DNA of 64,000 bases from an uncultured Acidobacteriota bacterium (GTDB lineage Bacteria; Acidobacteriota; UBA6911): NCBI GenBank assembly GCA_963827655.1, contig CAWHCF010000010.1:85503-149502 (forward strand), in the 5' to 3' direction. Below, one piece after another: positions 31,629 through 40,272 of this stretch. Position numbers and translations under genes: made by a program. The stretch's first letter is position 1; the number at the start of each line of letters is the position of its first letter. Under the pieces are notes generated by a model. That model did no database searches, was not told where the DNA came from, and worked only from the letters and a program-made list of their open reading frames with translations.

Positions 31629-33776
31629 ATGAAGCTTGGGGACGGAATGTCCTACGAATTCGGTCTGTTCCGAATGGATGTTGCGGAGCACACGCTGCTG
31701 CGTGACGGCCATCCCGTGCAGCTCACGCCGAAAGTCTTCGATGTGCTCCGTGTGCTTGTTCAACACAGCGGCCATCTGGTTGAAAAGGAAACGCTACTAC
31801 GGGAAGTCTGGCCCGACTGTTTCATTGAAGAAGCTAATCTCAACCGGAGCATCTCGGTCCTCAGAAAAGCCTTAGGTGAGACTGCGGCGGGAAGCACGTT
31901 TATCGAAACGGTACCGAAGCGCGGATACCGTTTCACCGCAACGGTTAAAGTGGTCGGCAATCACGTCGACTCGATGGTGAAACCCGAAGGGCCAGCCCTC
32001 AGTTCCGTTCTAATTCCCGAGCTTGCTCCGCGCAACGAGACTGTCCGGATTTCCCGGCGCATTTCGGGTCCTGTTGTTGTTGTCGTTGCCTTATTCGTCG
32101 TCTGCGCTATTGCCTTTATCCCTGTACTAGTACCGCGTGTCTGGAAGAAGCCAGCTTCTGAAGTCCGCCTGAAGCAGGCTGAGTGGAAGCAACTTACCTC
32201 AGAGACTTTGGGCGCCATCAAACCGGTTTTTTCTACAAAGGGAAATATTCTCCACATCGCTAATGGGGCCATCCACGTCAGAGATGTCTCAGGGGACGGT
32301 CTCCTGCAGATTACCGAAGAGATTAATCCGAGTGGAGACATGCCTGTATTTACAGCCGATGGCAGCCATGTTGTCTTTTCGATGCCGCGGAGCGGGGCAG
32401 AAGGGAGTCGTTCTTATGACTTATGGATGGTTCCAAGTATTGGTGGCGCTCCGAAGCTTTTCATTCGCGGGGCCAGTGGCGCGGGGTTCTCTCCAGATGG
32501 GAAGTGGGTCGCTTATACGAAATACCTTTCGTCCCGGACAGCTCTCTGGATCAGTAGCGCATCCGATTTGAATAAGAATAGTGAGGTGGCGAGTCCTGGT
32601 TTTGTACCGCGATGGTCACCTGACGGAAAGTGGCTCGTCTATACTAGCTGCGACCCGAATCGCGAAACGGGAAGCATCTGGATTTCGTCAATTTTATTTT
32701 CAGATGATGGGAAACTAACTCTGGGACAACGAAAGGAGTTGACTAGAGAGAAGGAGCGAATCTATGGCATGACGTGGACTGCGGATAGCCGCTCGATCAT
32801 TTACGCGGCGAGCCGTAATGGCCCATGGCATCTTTACAGGCTCTCGATTCTCGACGGCTCAGTGACGCCTGTAACTACGGGCATGGGCGATTACTCCTCC
32901 CCATCCATATCTCCCGACGGAAAGACGCTGCTCTGCTGGCATGGTATGCCCGTCATAAATCTGGTCACCCTCGATGGCCTGACAAGTTCCAAAGAAACCC
33001 ATAGCACTCAGGACGAATATCATCTCTGGCCCAGACTTTCTCCTTCGGCAAACCGAGTGGTCAGCGTCATGCGGCGGCCTGATTCCGATCAGCATCTTTA
33101 TTTAACCGACCTCAAGACCATGAAACGCTTGCGATTGAGCGACCGCTCGGCCCGTCATCCCTGCTGGATAGATGAAGAAACCGTTGCTTACCTGGAAGAT
33201 ACTCCTTCCGGAGATACAGAAGTTCGCGTAGCGAACATTGCTGCCGGCATCAGAACCTCGTTGACGCAGTTTTCTGGCACCGCTGTCTGGCTGGCGGTCG
33301 ATCCGACCACCAAGAGACGAGTCGCCGTAGCGATGAAATCACCGGGCGGAATGCAGCGGATTGTGCTGCGAGATCTCGATAAGCAACAGGATGACCGGAT
33401 AGTTGTCCAAGGTGGGGAATATGAGCAACTCCGTTGGTCGCCTGACGGGTCAGCCATTTCATGGAGTGGAACTGAGCGCTCATCGAACGAGACAAACAAT
33501 GGCATCTGGGTGTTTGATCTTAGGAAGTCAGTACCCTATCGCCTAGTCGCAGACGGTTACGGGCCGGTATGGAGCAGGGACAGCTCCATTATCTTTTTTT
33601 CCAGGATCCGTGATTACTCTGGCTTGTGGTGCCTCGATTTAGAACAAAAAAGAGAGAGGCAGGTTCGCAGTTGGAGTGCCAGTTCCCGCCATGATTTCGA
33701 TCTCGTGGGTGAGCGGCTGTTGCTTGCGTACGAAGCTGGGCGAGGTCAGGTCTATTCCATGTCTCTGGACCAGTAA
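31629..33776 (+). CDS. CadC/OmpR-family winged-helix transcriptional regulator fused via one TM helix to a periplasmic TolB-like beta-propeller (one-component transmembrane regulator)
   Basis: The N-terminal Trans_reg_C signature (FRMDVAEHTLLRDGHPVQLTPKVFDVLRVLVQHSGHLVEKETLLREVWPD...TVPKRGYRF) is followed by a hydrophobic helix (VVVVVALFVVCAIAFIPVLV). PD40-like repeats (SPDGKW.., WSPDG..) follow. Confidence 0.65.
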   Translation: MKLGDGMSYEFGLFRMDVAEHTLLRDGHPVQLTPKVFDVLRVLVQHSGHLVEKETLLREVWPDCFIEEANLNRSISVLRKALGETAAGSTFIETVPKRGYRFTATVKVVGNHVDSMVKPEGPALSSVLIPELAPRNETVRISRRISGPVVVVVALFVVCAIAFIPVLVPRVWKKPASEVRLKQAEWKQLTSETLGAIKPVFSTKGNILHIANGAIHVRDVSGDGLLQITEEINPSGDMPVFTADGSHVVFSMPRSGAEGSRSYDLWMVPSIGGAPKLFIRGASGAGFSPDGKWVAYTKYLSSRTALWISSASDLNKNSEVASPGFVPRWSPDGKWLVYTSCDPNRETGSIWISSILFSDDGKLTLGQRKELTREKERIYGMTWTADSRSIIYAASRNGPWHLYRLSILDGSVTPVTTGMGDYSSPSISPDGKTLLCWHGMPVINLVTLDGLTSSKETHSTQDEYHLWPRLSPSANRVVSVMRRPDSDQHLYLTDLKTMKRLRLSDRSARHPCWIDEETVAYLEDTPSGDTEVRVANIAAGIRTSLTQFSGTAVWLAVDPTTKRRVAVAMKSPGGMQRIVLRDLDKQQDDRIVVQGGEYEQLRWSPDGSAISWSGTERSSNETNNGIWVFDLRKSVPYRLVADGYGPVWSRDSSIIFFSRIRDYSGLWCLDLEQKRERQVRSWSASSRHDFDLVGERLLLAYEAGRGQVYSMSLDQ

Positions 33777-34007
33777 CCCGGAGTGACCCATCATAGCAAA
33801 GCGGCTGTGTACGATCTTCAACCTGATATCCGACTGTATGATAACGAGCGCGTCTCGGCGCGACTGTCATCAAGAACCTCTCTGGGCGCGGCACAGGCTG
33901 GAGCAGTGGTAATCGGATTTGACGTAATGAGTCACATGTCTGGCTAAGGGTGCGGCGGAAGAACGCGTGGGAGCAGGTCACGGCCGCCGGGGCCGGTCTC
34001 CCGCCCT

Positions 34008-35370
34008 TCAGGCCGGCGGCGTTAACCTCTTTACTTCGCCGACAAGCTCGGCGACCGGCTCTCCCGTGGTGTCGTTCACGGAATTGGCAATTTTCACGGG
34101 CCGGCCGATCGGGTGCATGTACTCCTTGTGCCAATCGATGCCGAATGCCTTGTACACCGTGGCGAACAGGTCCCCGATGGTCGTCCTGCGGCCGTCGGCG
34201 AGGTAGGCGCCGCGCTCGTCGCTCTTGCCAATGACCTGTCCTCCGCGGATCCCGCCTCCTCCTATCGCGAGCGACCAGCAGTGAGACCAGTGATCGCGCC
34301 CGGCCGCCGGATTCAGGAAGGGCGTGCGGCCGAACTCGCCCATGGCGAGCACGATCGTCGACTCGAGGAGCCCCCGGGCCTCGAGATCGTCGAGCAGCGT
34401 CGAAAGCGCCTGATCGAGCTGCGGCACGAGTTCGTCGCGGTGCTTCTTGTTGTTGTCGCCATGCGTGTCCCAGGCGTTGAACGGATATCCCGCGGCCGTG
34501 ACGAAGCGGCTTCCGGCCTCGACCAGCCGGCGCGCCAGAAGCACGCTCTGGCCGAAGCCGTTGCGTCCGTACTGCATCCCGAACCTTGTCCGGCTCCTCG
34601 GCGATGTCGAACGCCTTCCTGACCTCGGGGGCGAGGATCATCGCGCGCGCCTGGTCGGTGAAGGCGTCCGTCGGGCTCTGTTCGGCGGCCTGGACCCGCT
34701 CACGGTAGAGGCGATCGACGATCCTGAGGAACCCGCGCCGGTCCTCGAGCCGTTCGACGGTGATGGACTTCGGCAGAACCAGGTCGGGTGGCCGGAAGTC
34801 CTTCGCGCTGGGATCCGGAATCACCAGCGGATCGCACTCTGCCCCGAGAAAGGCCGCCCGGAATGATTCCTCATACTGCCGCTGGCTCTCCCACTGCGGC
34901 GCCAGGACGTGCGGAGGCACGGCTCCCCGCGCGCCCAGTTCCTTGGTGATCACCGCCCCGAAACTCGGGAATTCCATGGCCGGATTGGGGCGGTGGCCCG
35001 TAAGGGCATAGTAGGTAGCCTGGGGATGATTGTTCTCTTCCGTGTACATCGAACGGATCAGCGCCAGCTTGTCCATACGCCGCGCGACACGCGGCATCAG
35101 CTCGGACACCTGAATGCCTGGTACGTTGGTCGAGATCGGGTGGAACGGGCTGCCCGGCTTCGGATCCCACGTGTCCATCTGGCTGGGACCACCCTCCAGC
35201 CACAGAAGGATACAGGCCTGCGCCTTCCCGCCAGGGGAGCCCAAAGCGTGCCGCAATTGAAGGTACTGGCCCAGGCTGATTCCGAGAAACCCAAGCGAGC
35301 CGACACGCAGGAAGTCGCGCCGGCCCAGGCTTTCTGTAGTGCAGTGGAGACATCCAGTTTGCATCGACAT
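34008..35370 (-). CDS. DUF1501-family protein (sulfatase-like fold) with Tat signal; apparent frameshift near 34570 (fragments 33589..35415 N-part and 34008..34577)
   Basis: Tat motif RRDFLRVGSLGFLG. The DUF1501 core is present (ACILLWLEGGPSQMDTWDPKP ... then YGRNGFGQSVLLARRLVEAGSRFV...DTHGDN). The two pieces join at ..KVRDA|YGRNGFGQ. The long 608-codon tracked ORF downstream of the break is out of frame. Confidence 0.65.
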
Positions 35371-35372
35371 CC

Positions 35373-37871
35373 TCAATGATTGTGCGTGAATTCCTCGGAG
35401 CTCAGGATCGCCCAAAGGAGATCTTCGACCGCCTGCCGCCGGGACGTGCGGCGCGTCGCCGCCTCGAGAGCCGCCTCGAGTTCGCCGAGCTCGCGCGTGT
35501 CCGGCCGCCGGGAGAGTGCCGCGAGATAGAGCTCGTGGATCATCTCACGGCTGGAGACACGACTCCTGACGAGTCGATCCACTCGACCGCCGTCGGCGGC
35601 AAGCTTATCGGTATAGGTTTCGCCCGCGAGCTGGTGGAGCGTCTGACCCAGGCTGGGCTTGGCGCTGCGCTCCGGCAGGGTTGCGCGGCTCGGGCGGCCA
35701 TGCAGCTCGAGGAACCGGCAGGGATACATGTCGGGCTCGTCCAGTTCGATCGCGCGCGTGCCCGGCGGCGCCATGCCCCCGTTCGGGAGCTTGAAGACCT
35801 CCGTGGTTTCGGTCACGCGCGAGACGGCATCGAGCAGGATCTCGGCGTCGAGCCGACGCGGAAGCGCGCGGCTATAGTTAATCTTGTCGTCGCGGTTGGT
35901 TTCGTTGGGCGCGCTCGAGAGCTGGTACGTCCGGGACGAAACGATCCGCCGCATGAGGTGCTTGAGATCGTACCTGTGGCTGCGGAAATCCTCGGCCAGC
36001 GCGGCGAGCAGCTCCGGATGCGTTGCCGGATTGCCTGGCCGGAAATCATCGACGGGGTCGACGATGCCCCGGCTGAAGAAGTGGCTCCAGATCCGGTTCG
36101 CAGCCGCCTCGGCAAAATACGGGTGCGCGGTGACCCAGCGGGCCAGAGCCCGCCGGGGGTCCTTCCGTTGCTCGGCCGGCAGCGCGGTACCATCAAGAAA
36201 TGCCGGCTCGACCTCGTGGCTCGTCCGGGGATTCATCACCCTGCCCATGTTCCCGCGCCGGCTGTACCCGTCGGCGTCATCGGCGACGATGGTCTCGACC
36301 CCGATGTCGCCATACCAGTAGAACGTGAGGCGGCGGAAGAAGGCTGCCAGGCCCCAGAACTGGTTTTGAGTCCAGTTTTCGAACGGATGATCGTGGCATT
36401 GCGCGCAGTCCATCCGGCGGCCCAGAAACGCGCGTACCTGCTCCGACGCGGCGTCCTGGGGCAGCGGAGGCTGCAGGATTGGAAGATAATGCCGGGACGG
36501 CCCGTCATACCCCTGCGCCGCAATGCGTTCGCCGGCGATCTCGTCGTACGGCCGGTTCTCGGCGATGGCGCGCCGCAACCACTCGCCGTATGCCTGGCTG
36601 TATTTGGGATTGCCGCCATTCGGGTGCAGAGCGACGCGGAAAAGGTCGCCGAAGCGGAACGTCCAGTAGTCGACATACTCCGGCGTCTCGAGCAGGCGAT
36701 CGACCAGTTTCTCGCGCTTCCGCGGGTCGCGGTCGGCCAGAAACTCGTCGACGCGTTCATGTGGAGGCAGCGTTCCTGTCAAATCGAGGCAGACCCGCCG
36801 GAGGAACTCCGCGTCGCTCGAAAGCTCGGACGGCAGGATATGAAGCTTCCGGAGCTTTCCGAACACGAATTCGTCGATGAAGTTCCGTTGCTCGACCTCC
36901 GGGTAGCGCGCCAGCGCGCGCGGGATCACGGCGATCCGCGCCGTCGCAACTTTCCCCGGCGCGCGCACGAGGACCGCCGCTTCGCCTGGCCGCCGGGCCT
37001 CGGCACGCCCCCGCTCATCAATTGTGAGAACTTCGGGATTGAGGGATTCATACAGGACGGATTCCGTCACGTCCTGCCGCCCGCCGCCGGCAAGATGCGC
37101 AGTCACGATCATCTGCTGTTTCGAGCCGGTCAGCATCACGGCGTCGCGCGGGAACGGCTCGACCCGTTCCACCCGCGGGCTCTCATCGGTATACGGAGCG
37201 CCGTTGGCGATCCATTCGGCGAGCGTCTTGTAGTCTCGCGAGCCGGGCTCGATGCGGTAGCCGCCGCCGTGAGTTACGGCAAATGTCGGCTTCATCAGAA
37301 GCAGGCTCTTGCCCGGCTCACTCGGGTTCACGCGGGGCAAGATCGGCGGGGCCACAGCGTCGGTGAGGACCTGGTAGGTTCCGCCTTTGACAATCCAGCG
37401 GTAGTCCTCGCGAGGGTCGCTGCCGTGGAGCGAAAGCTTCAATCCGCCCCGCCCCTTCACTCCGCCGTGGCAGCCGGAGCCGTTACAGCCATTGCGGGTC
37501 AAGACCGCTTCGACGTCCCAGGCAAACGTCGAGGCGCGCGGGAGGCGGACATCGCGAACCCGCACGGTTGCTTCCGCAACGCCTCCCTGGTAATCGACCC
37601 GCAGGATCGCGTCGCCATCAGCGAGCGCGGTCACACGGCCCTCGAGGTCCACCACAATCGTAGAAGTATTTTTCGTCGTGAAGCGGCACTGGGAGGTAAC
37701 GTCGCGTTCGAGACCGTCGACGCCCTTCGCAAGCGCCACGAACCGCTGCGTGGCGGCGGCGCCCGACAGAGTCGTTTCGGCGGGAACCAGGCGGAGCGCG
37801 GGAGGGGCCGCGGCTACAAGCGGACCACTTCCGACGACAGCCAGCAGGATCAGGCGCAAGCCAAATTTCAT
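35373..37871 (-). CDS. DUF1549 (PSCyt2) / DUF1553 (PSD1) domain protein with N-terminal Ig-like domain, secreted
   Basis: 832 aa with a signal peptide. The conserved DUF1549 block (FIDEFVFGKLRKLHILPS...FLRRVCLDLTGTLP) and DUF1553 block (CAQCHDHPFENWTQNQFWGLAAFF) are present. It is the obligate partner of DUF1501, and its stop overlaps the DUF1501 start. Confidence 0.7.
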   Translation of the reverse strand: MKFGLRLILLAVVGSGPLVAAAPPALRLVPAETTLSGAAATQRFVALAKGVDGLERDVTSQCRFTTKNTSTIVVDLEGRVTALADGDAILRVDYQGGVAEATVRVRDVRLPRASTFAWDVEAVLTRNGCNGSGCHGGVKGRGGLKLSLHGSDPREDYRWIVKGGTYQVLTDAVAPPILPRVNPSEPGKSLLLMKPTFAVTHGGGYRIEPGSRDYKTLAEWIANGAPYTDESPRVERVEPFPRDAVMLTGSKQQMIVTAHLAGGGRQDVTESVLYESLNPEVLTIDERGRAEARRPGEAAVLVRAPGKVATARIAVIPRALARYPEVEQRNFIDEFVFGKLRKLHILPSELSSDAEFLRRVCLDLTGTLPPHERVDEFLADRDPRKREKLVDRLLETPEYVDYWTFRFGDLFRVALHPNGGNPKYSQAYGEWLRRAIAENRPYDEIAGERIAAQGYDGPSRHYLPILQPPLPQDAASEQVRAFLGRRMDCAQCHDHPFENWTQNQFWGLAAFFRRLTFYWYGDIGVETIVADDADGYSRRGNMGRVMNPRTSHEVEPAFLDGTALPAEQRKDPRRALARWVTAHPYFAEAAANRIWSHFFSRGIVDPVDDFRPGNPATHPELLAALAEDFRSHRYDLKHLMRRIVSSRTYQLSSAPNETNRDDKINYSRALPRRLDAEILLDAVSRVTETTEVFKLPNGGMAPPGTRAIELDEPDMYPCRFLELHGRPSRATLPERSAKPSLGQTLHQLAGETYTDKLAADGGRVDRLVRSRVSSREMIHELYLAALSRRPDTRELGELEAALEAATRRTSRRQAVEDLLWAILSSEEFTHNH

Positions 37872-37875
37872 CTCC

Positions 37876-39675
37876 TCAACTCCCAGCGCGGACGACCATC
37901 AGTAGAAGCTCGTGCACCGTAATGGTAGCACCCAGCCGGCCACGCACGACCGGTGTCGCCTTGAGGCGCACGGTCGCAGGCAGCCTGGTCTCGGCCGCAT
38001 CGGGGCGCGCCACGAACAGCATCGTCGCGGTGCGGGCGACCGGCCGGTAGCGCTCCTTTTTGCCTTCGTCGATGACACCCGGACGTTCGGGCTCGACCTC
38101 GGTGGCCGGGAGCGCATCGACGCCGGCGGGCAGCCCTTCGACCGTGAGGGCGACCTCTCCATCATATCCTTCTTCCTGCTCAGTCAATACCGTGACCTTC
38201 TTCGCCTGGCCAGGCTCGAGGTTCAGCCGATCGGCCTCGCGTCCCCGTCTCACGTTGCCATCGGTGAGGGGCTGGAAACCGAGTCCCGCCTCCACCCTTC
38301 CCATATGGGGCAACTGTCGCCGCACCAGAACGCGGTAGCGGAAGTCCGGGCCGCCGTGGCGTGCGGTGACCTCTTCGATGCGCAAGCGATACTCGCCGCC
38401 CCGCTCGAAGCTCGCGGTGACTTTGGGTTCGATCGTCTTCTCGATGAATTCGCCGCTTCCCTGGACATAGGCGTATACGTTGTTGACCAGTTCACGGCCG
38501 CCCGCGTCGACGACCGCAACGCGCGGCGTGAAGAGCGGCGCCGGCCGCTCGGAGGTCTCGATTTCGAAGGCCAGCCGGGCACCGTCGGTGATACCGAAGC
38601 GGAACCAGTCGACGTCTCCCGGCCGGTCGATAGCGCCCTCGATGAGCGATGGCACTGCGGATTCGAGCGCCTCCTGCTCGCCGTCGTTCGGTTCCCGCTC
38701 CGGAATCCGGACGAGCGCGGGTCTCTCCGCGTCGGACGGCGCCTCTTTCGCCGGTGGAGCCGCGACGGTCCGCGAAGCGACGAGGTCGAGCCGGTCCAGA
38801 TCCAGACGGCGAGTGAAGCTCCGCTCGTCCCATCGTCCAGGGTTCGGATGCGCCAGGAGCGGATCCGAGAAGCAAGGCGCCGCTGGTAGTGCGACCCGCA
38901 GCAAGTAACAGTAGTCCGGGCCTCCGCGCCCGAGGAAGCTCGCCACTGACACGACGTAACGACCCGACTTTGCGAACCGGTGGGTCAAGTTCGGGTTCCT
39001 GTTGCGCGACGCGGTGTTCGACTCGTCAATATGGGCCAGGCTGCGCCAGCGCTGCGGATCGAACCAGCTGCCGGCCGGCTCGTAGATCGTAATCTGCGCG
39101 TCCAGGCGATCGGCCGCGACCACCTCGAACCGGAGCTCCTGTTGAGCGGCTGCCTCGAACACGTAGGAGTCGACCTCGCCGTCCTGCGCGATCCGGCCGC
39201 TGACGGCCGCCGGAACGCTGAGGCGGAGCGCCCTGAGATTCGCTTCCTGGGTTAACTGTGCCTCTTCGCCCGCCGGGTCGTCATGGACCACGAACGAGAC
39301 GGCGTTCGACACTCCACGCGGCGACACCACGCGGACCGAGTGGACACCGAGGGCGGCTCCCGGAGCGAGCGCGAGCTCCGTGACAACCCGGTACGTCTTC
39401 GGTCGTTGCTTTTTGACATCCGAAGTTTCGACCGCCGGCAACTCCTCAACCGCGCGGATTGTCCCCTGCAGTTCAGGACAGTCCGTCCAGAGGGCATAAG
39501 CTCCTTCCAGGGCCTGGCCTCGAATCTCGCACTGGGCGGCACCGCCACGGCGAGCCCCGAGCGGTGCTATCGACGAGAGCTGGGGCTCCGGCGCCGGCGT
39601 CTGCGCTACCACGCAGATGCCTGACATGGCGAGGAGCGGCAGCAAGAGAAGGGTCGTCGCGAGCTTCATAATCAA
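37876..39675 (-). CDS. Secreted hypothetical protein with pre-peptidase-C-terminal-like beta-sandwich domains; first gene of the DUF1549/1553-DUF1501 operon
   Basis: 599 aa with signal peptide MIMKLATTLLLLPLLAMSG. Repeated G.VD.YVF/WFRF segments resemble PPC domains. Only a 4-nt gap separates it from the next gene. Confidence 0.45.
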   Translation of the reverse strand: MIMKLATTLLLLPLLAMSGICVVAQTPAPEPQLSSIAPLGARRGGAAQCEIRGQALEGAYALWTDCPELQGTIRAVEELPAVETSDVKKQRPKTYRVVTELALAPGAALGVHSVRVVSPRGVSNAVSFVVHDDPAGEEAQLTQEANLRALRLSVPAAVSGRIAQDGEVDSYVFEAAAQQELRFEVVAADRLDAQITIYEPAGSWFDPQRWRSLAHIDESNTASRNRNPNLTHRFAKSGRYVVSVASFLGRGGPDYCYLLRVALPAAPCFSDPLLAHPNPGRWDERSFTRRLDLDRLDLVASRTVAAPPAKEAPSDAERPALVRIPEREPNDGEQEALESAVPSLIEGAIDRPGDVDWFRFGITDGARLAFEIETSERPAPLFTPRVAVVDAGGRELVNNVYAYVQGSGEFIEKTIEPKVTASFERGGEYRLRIEEVTARHGGPDFRYRVLVRRQLPHMGRVEAGLGFQPLTDGNVRRGREADRLNLEPGQAKKVTVLTEQEEGYDGEVALTVEGLPAGVDALPATEVEPERPGVIDEGKKERYRPVARTATMLFVARPDAAETRLPATVRLKATPVVRGRLGATITVHELLLMVVRAGS

Positions 39676-39879
39676 GGCTACATCGTACCCCGAAACACTA
39701 CGCCATGCGACTGCTTCTTTGGAGTGGCAAGCAAGCGTAGCACCTGGAGCTTGTAAATTGGGGCGTCCGATTTCCTAGGATGGATTGTCCGACCGGCGCA
39801 CAGAGTTCAACGCGCGGCCCGAAGGAGCCGGTTCAGCAATTCGGTAAGTAACGTAATTTGGGCAGAGTGGTCGGAGTTG

Positions 39880-40060
39880 GCCTTGGCACCTCGCCCGGAG
39901 GAGCCGGACGGAAATTCAGCGCACGGCGCCAAGCGAAGCGCAGCCTGGGGTTTGGAGCGTATTATAGTCTGTTGCGCACAAGGAGCGCAGTGGCATTGAC
40001 CAGGCACGTCCAGGCCTCCGGTGGCGACGTGTCTTCGCCCGTGAGTGACGGGGGCAGGGA
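39880..40060. repeat. Copy 1 of a dispersed ~200 bp non-coding repeat family, located just 3' of TBDR copy 3
   Basis: Anchors shared with 43795..44020: gacggaaatt.agc...caagcgaagcgcag.c.ggggtttg...attata.gtc...gcattga...cgtccag...cgtgtcttcgcc. Confidence 0.5.
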
Positions 40061-40272
40061 AAACCTCTAGCCCTCGCTAAGTTCTTTCGTGCACTCTGGG
40101 GGCCGCGAGCTTGGCGTACCCGTTCGTAATGGACCGATGCGAGTGCTTGTAACGGTCCAGAGCTTACGCACTACCGGCCCTTGGGTCTGGCGAAGCTTGC
40201 TTCGCCATCTCGTCGTCAGAAGTTTACGGTCAGCCCAGCTTTTTCCGCGCGAGATCCTCCAGGCGTACTTGC

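Noticed and set aside
33589-34560. Long C-terminal tail of tracked ORF 33589..35415 (Arg/Pro-rich, 608 codons)
   Set aside because: Downstream of ~34570 the DUF1501 homology continues in the frame of ORF 34008..34577. The tail is an out-of-frame read-through.
35376-37922. 848-codon ORF on the plus strand
   Set aside because: Antisense to the DUF1549/DUF1553 gene, which has clear conserved blocks. The composition is Arg/Ala-rich, typical of shadow ORFs in GC-rich DNA.
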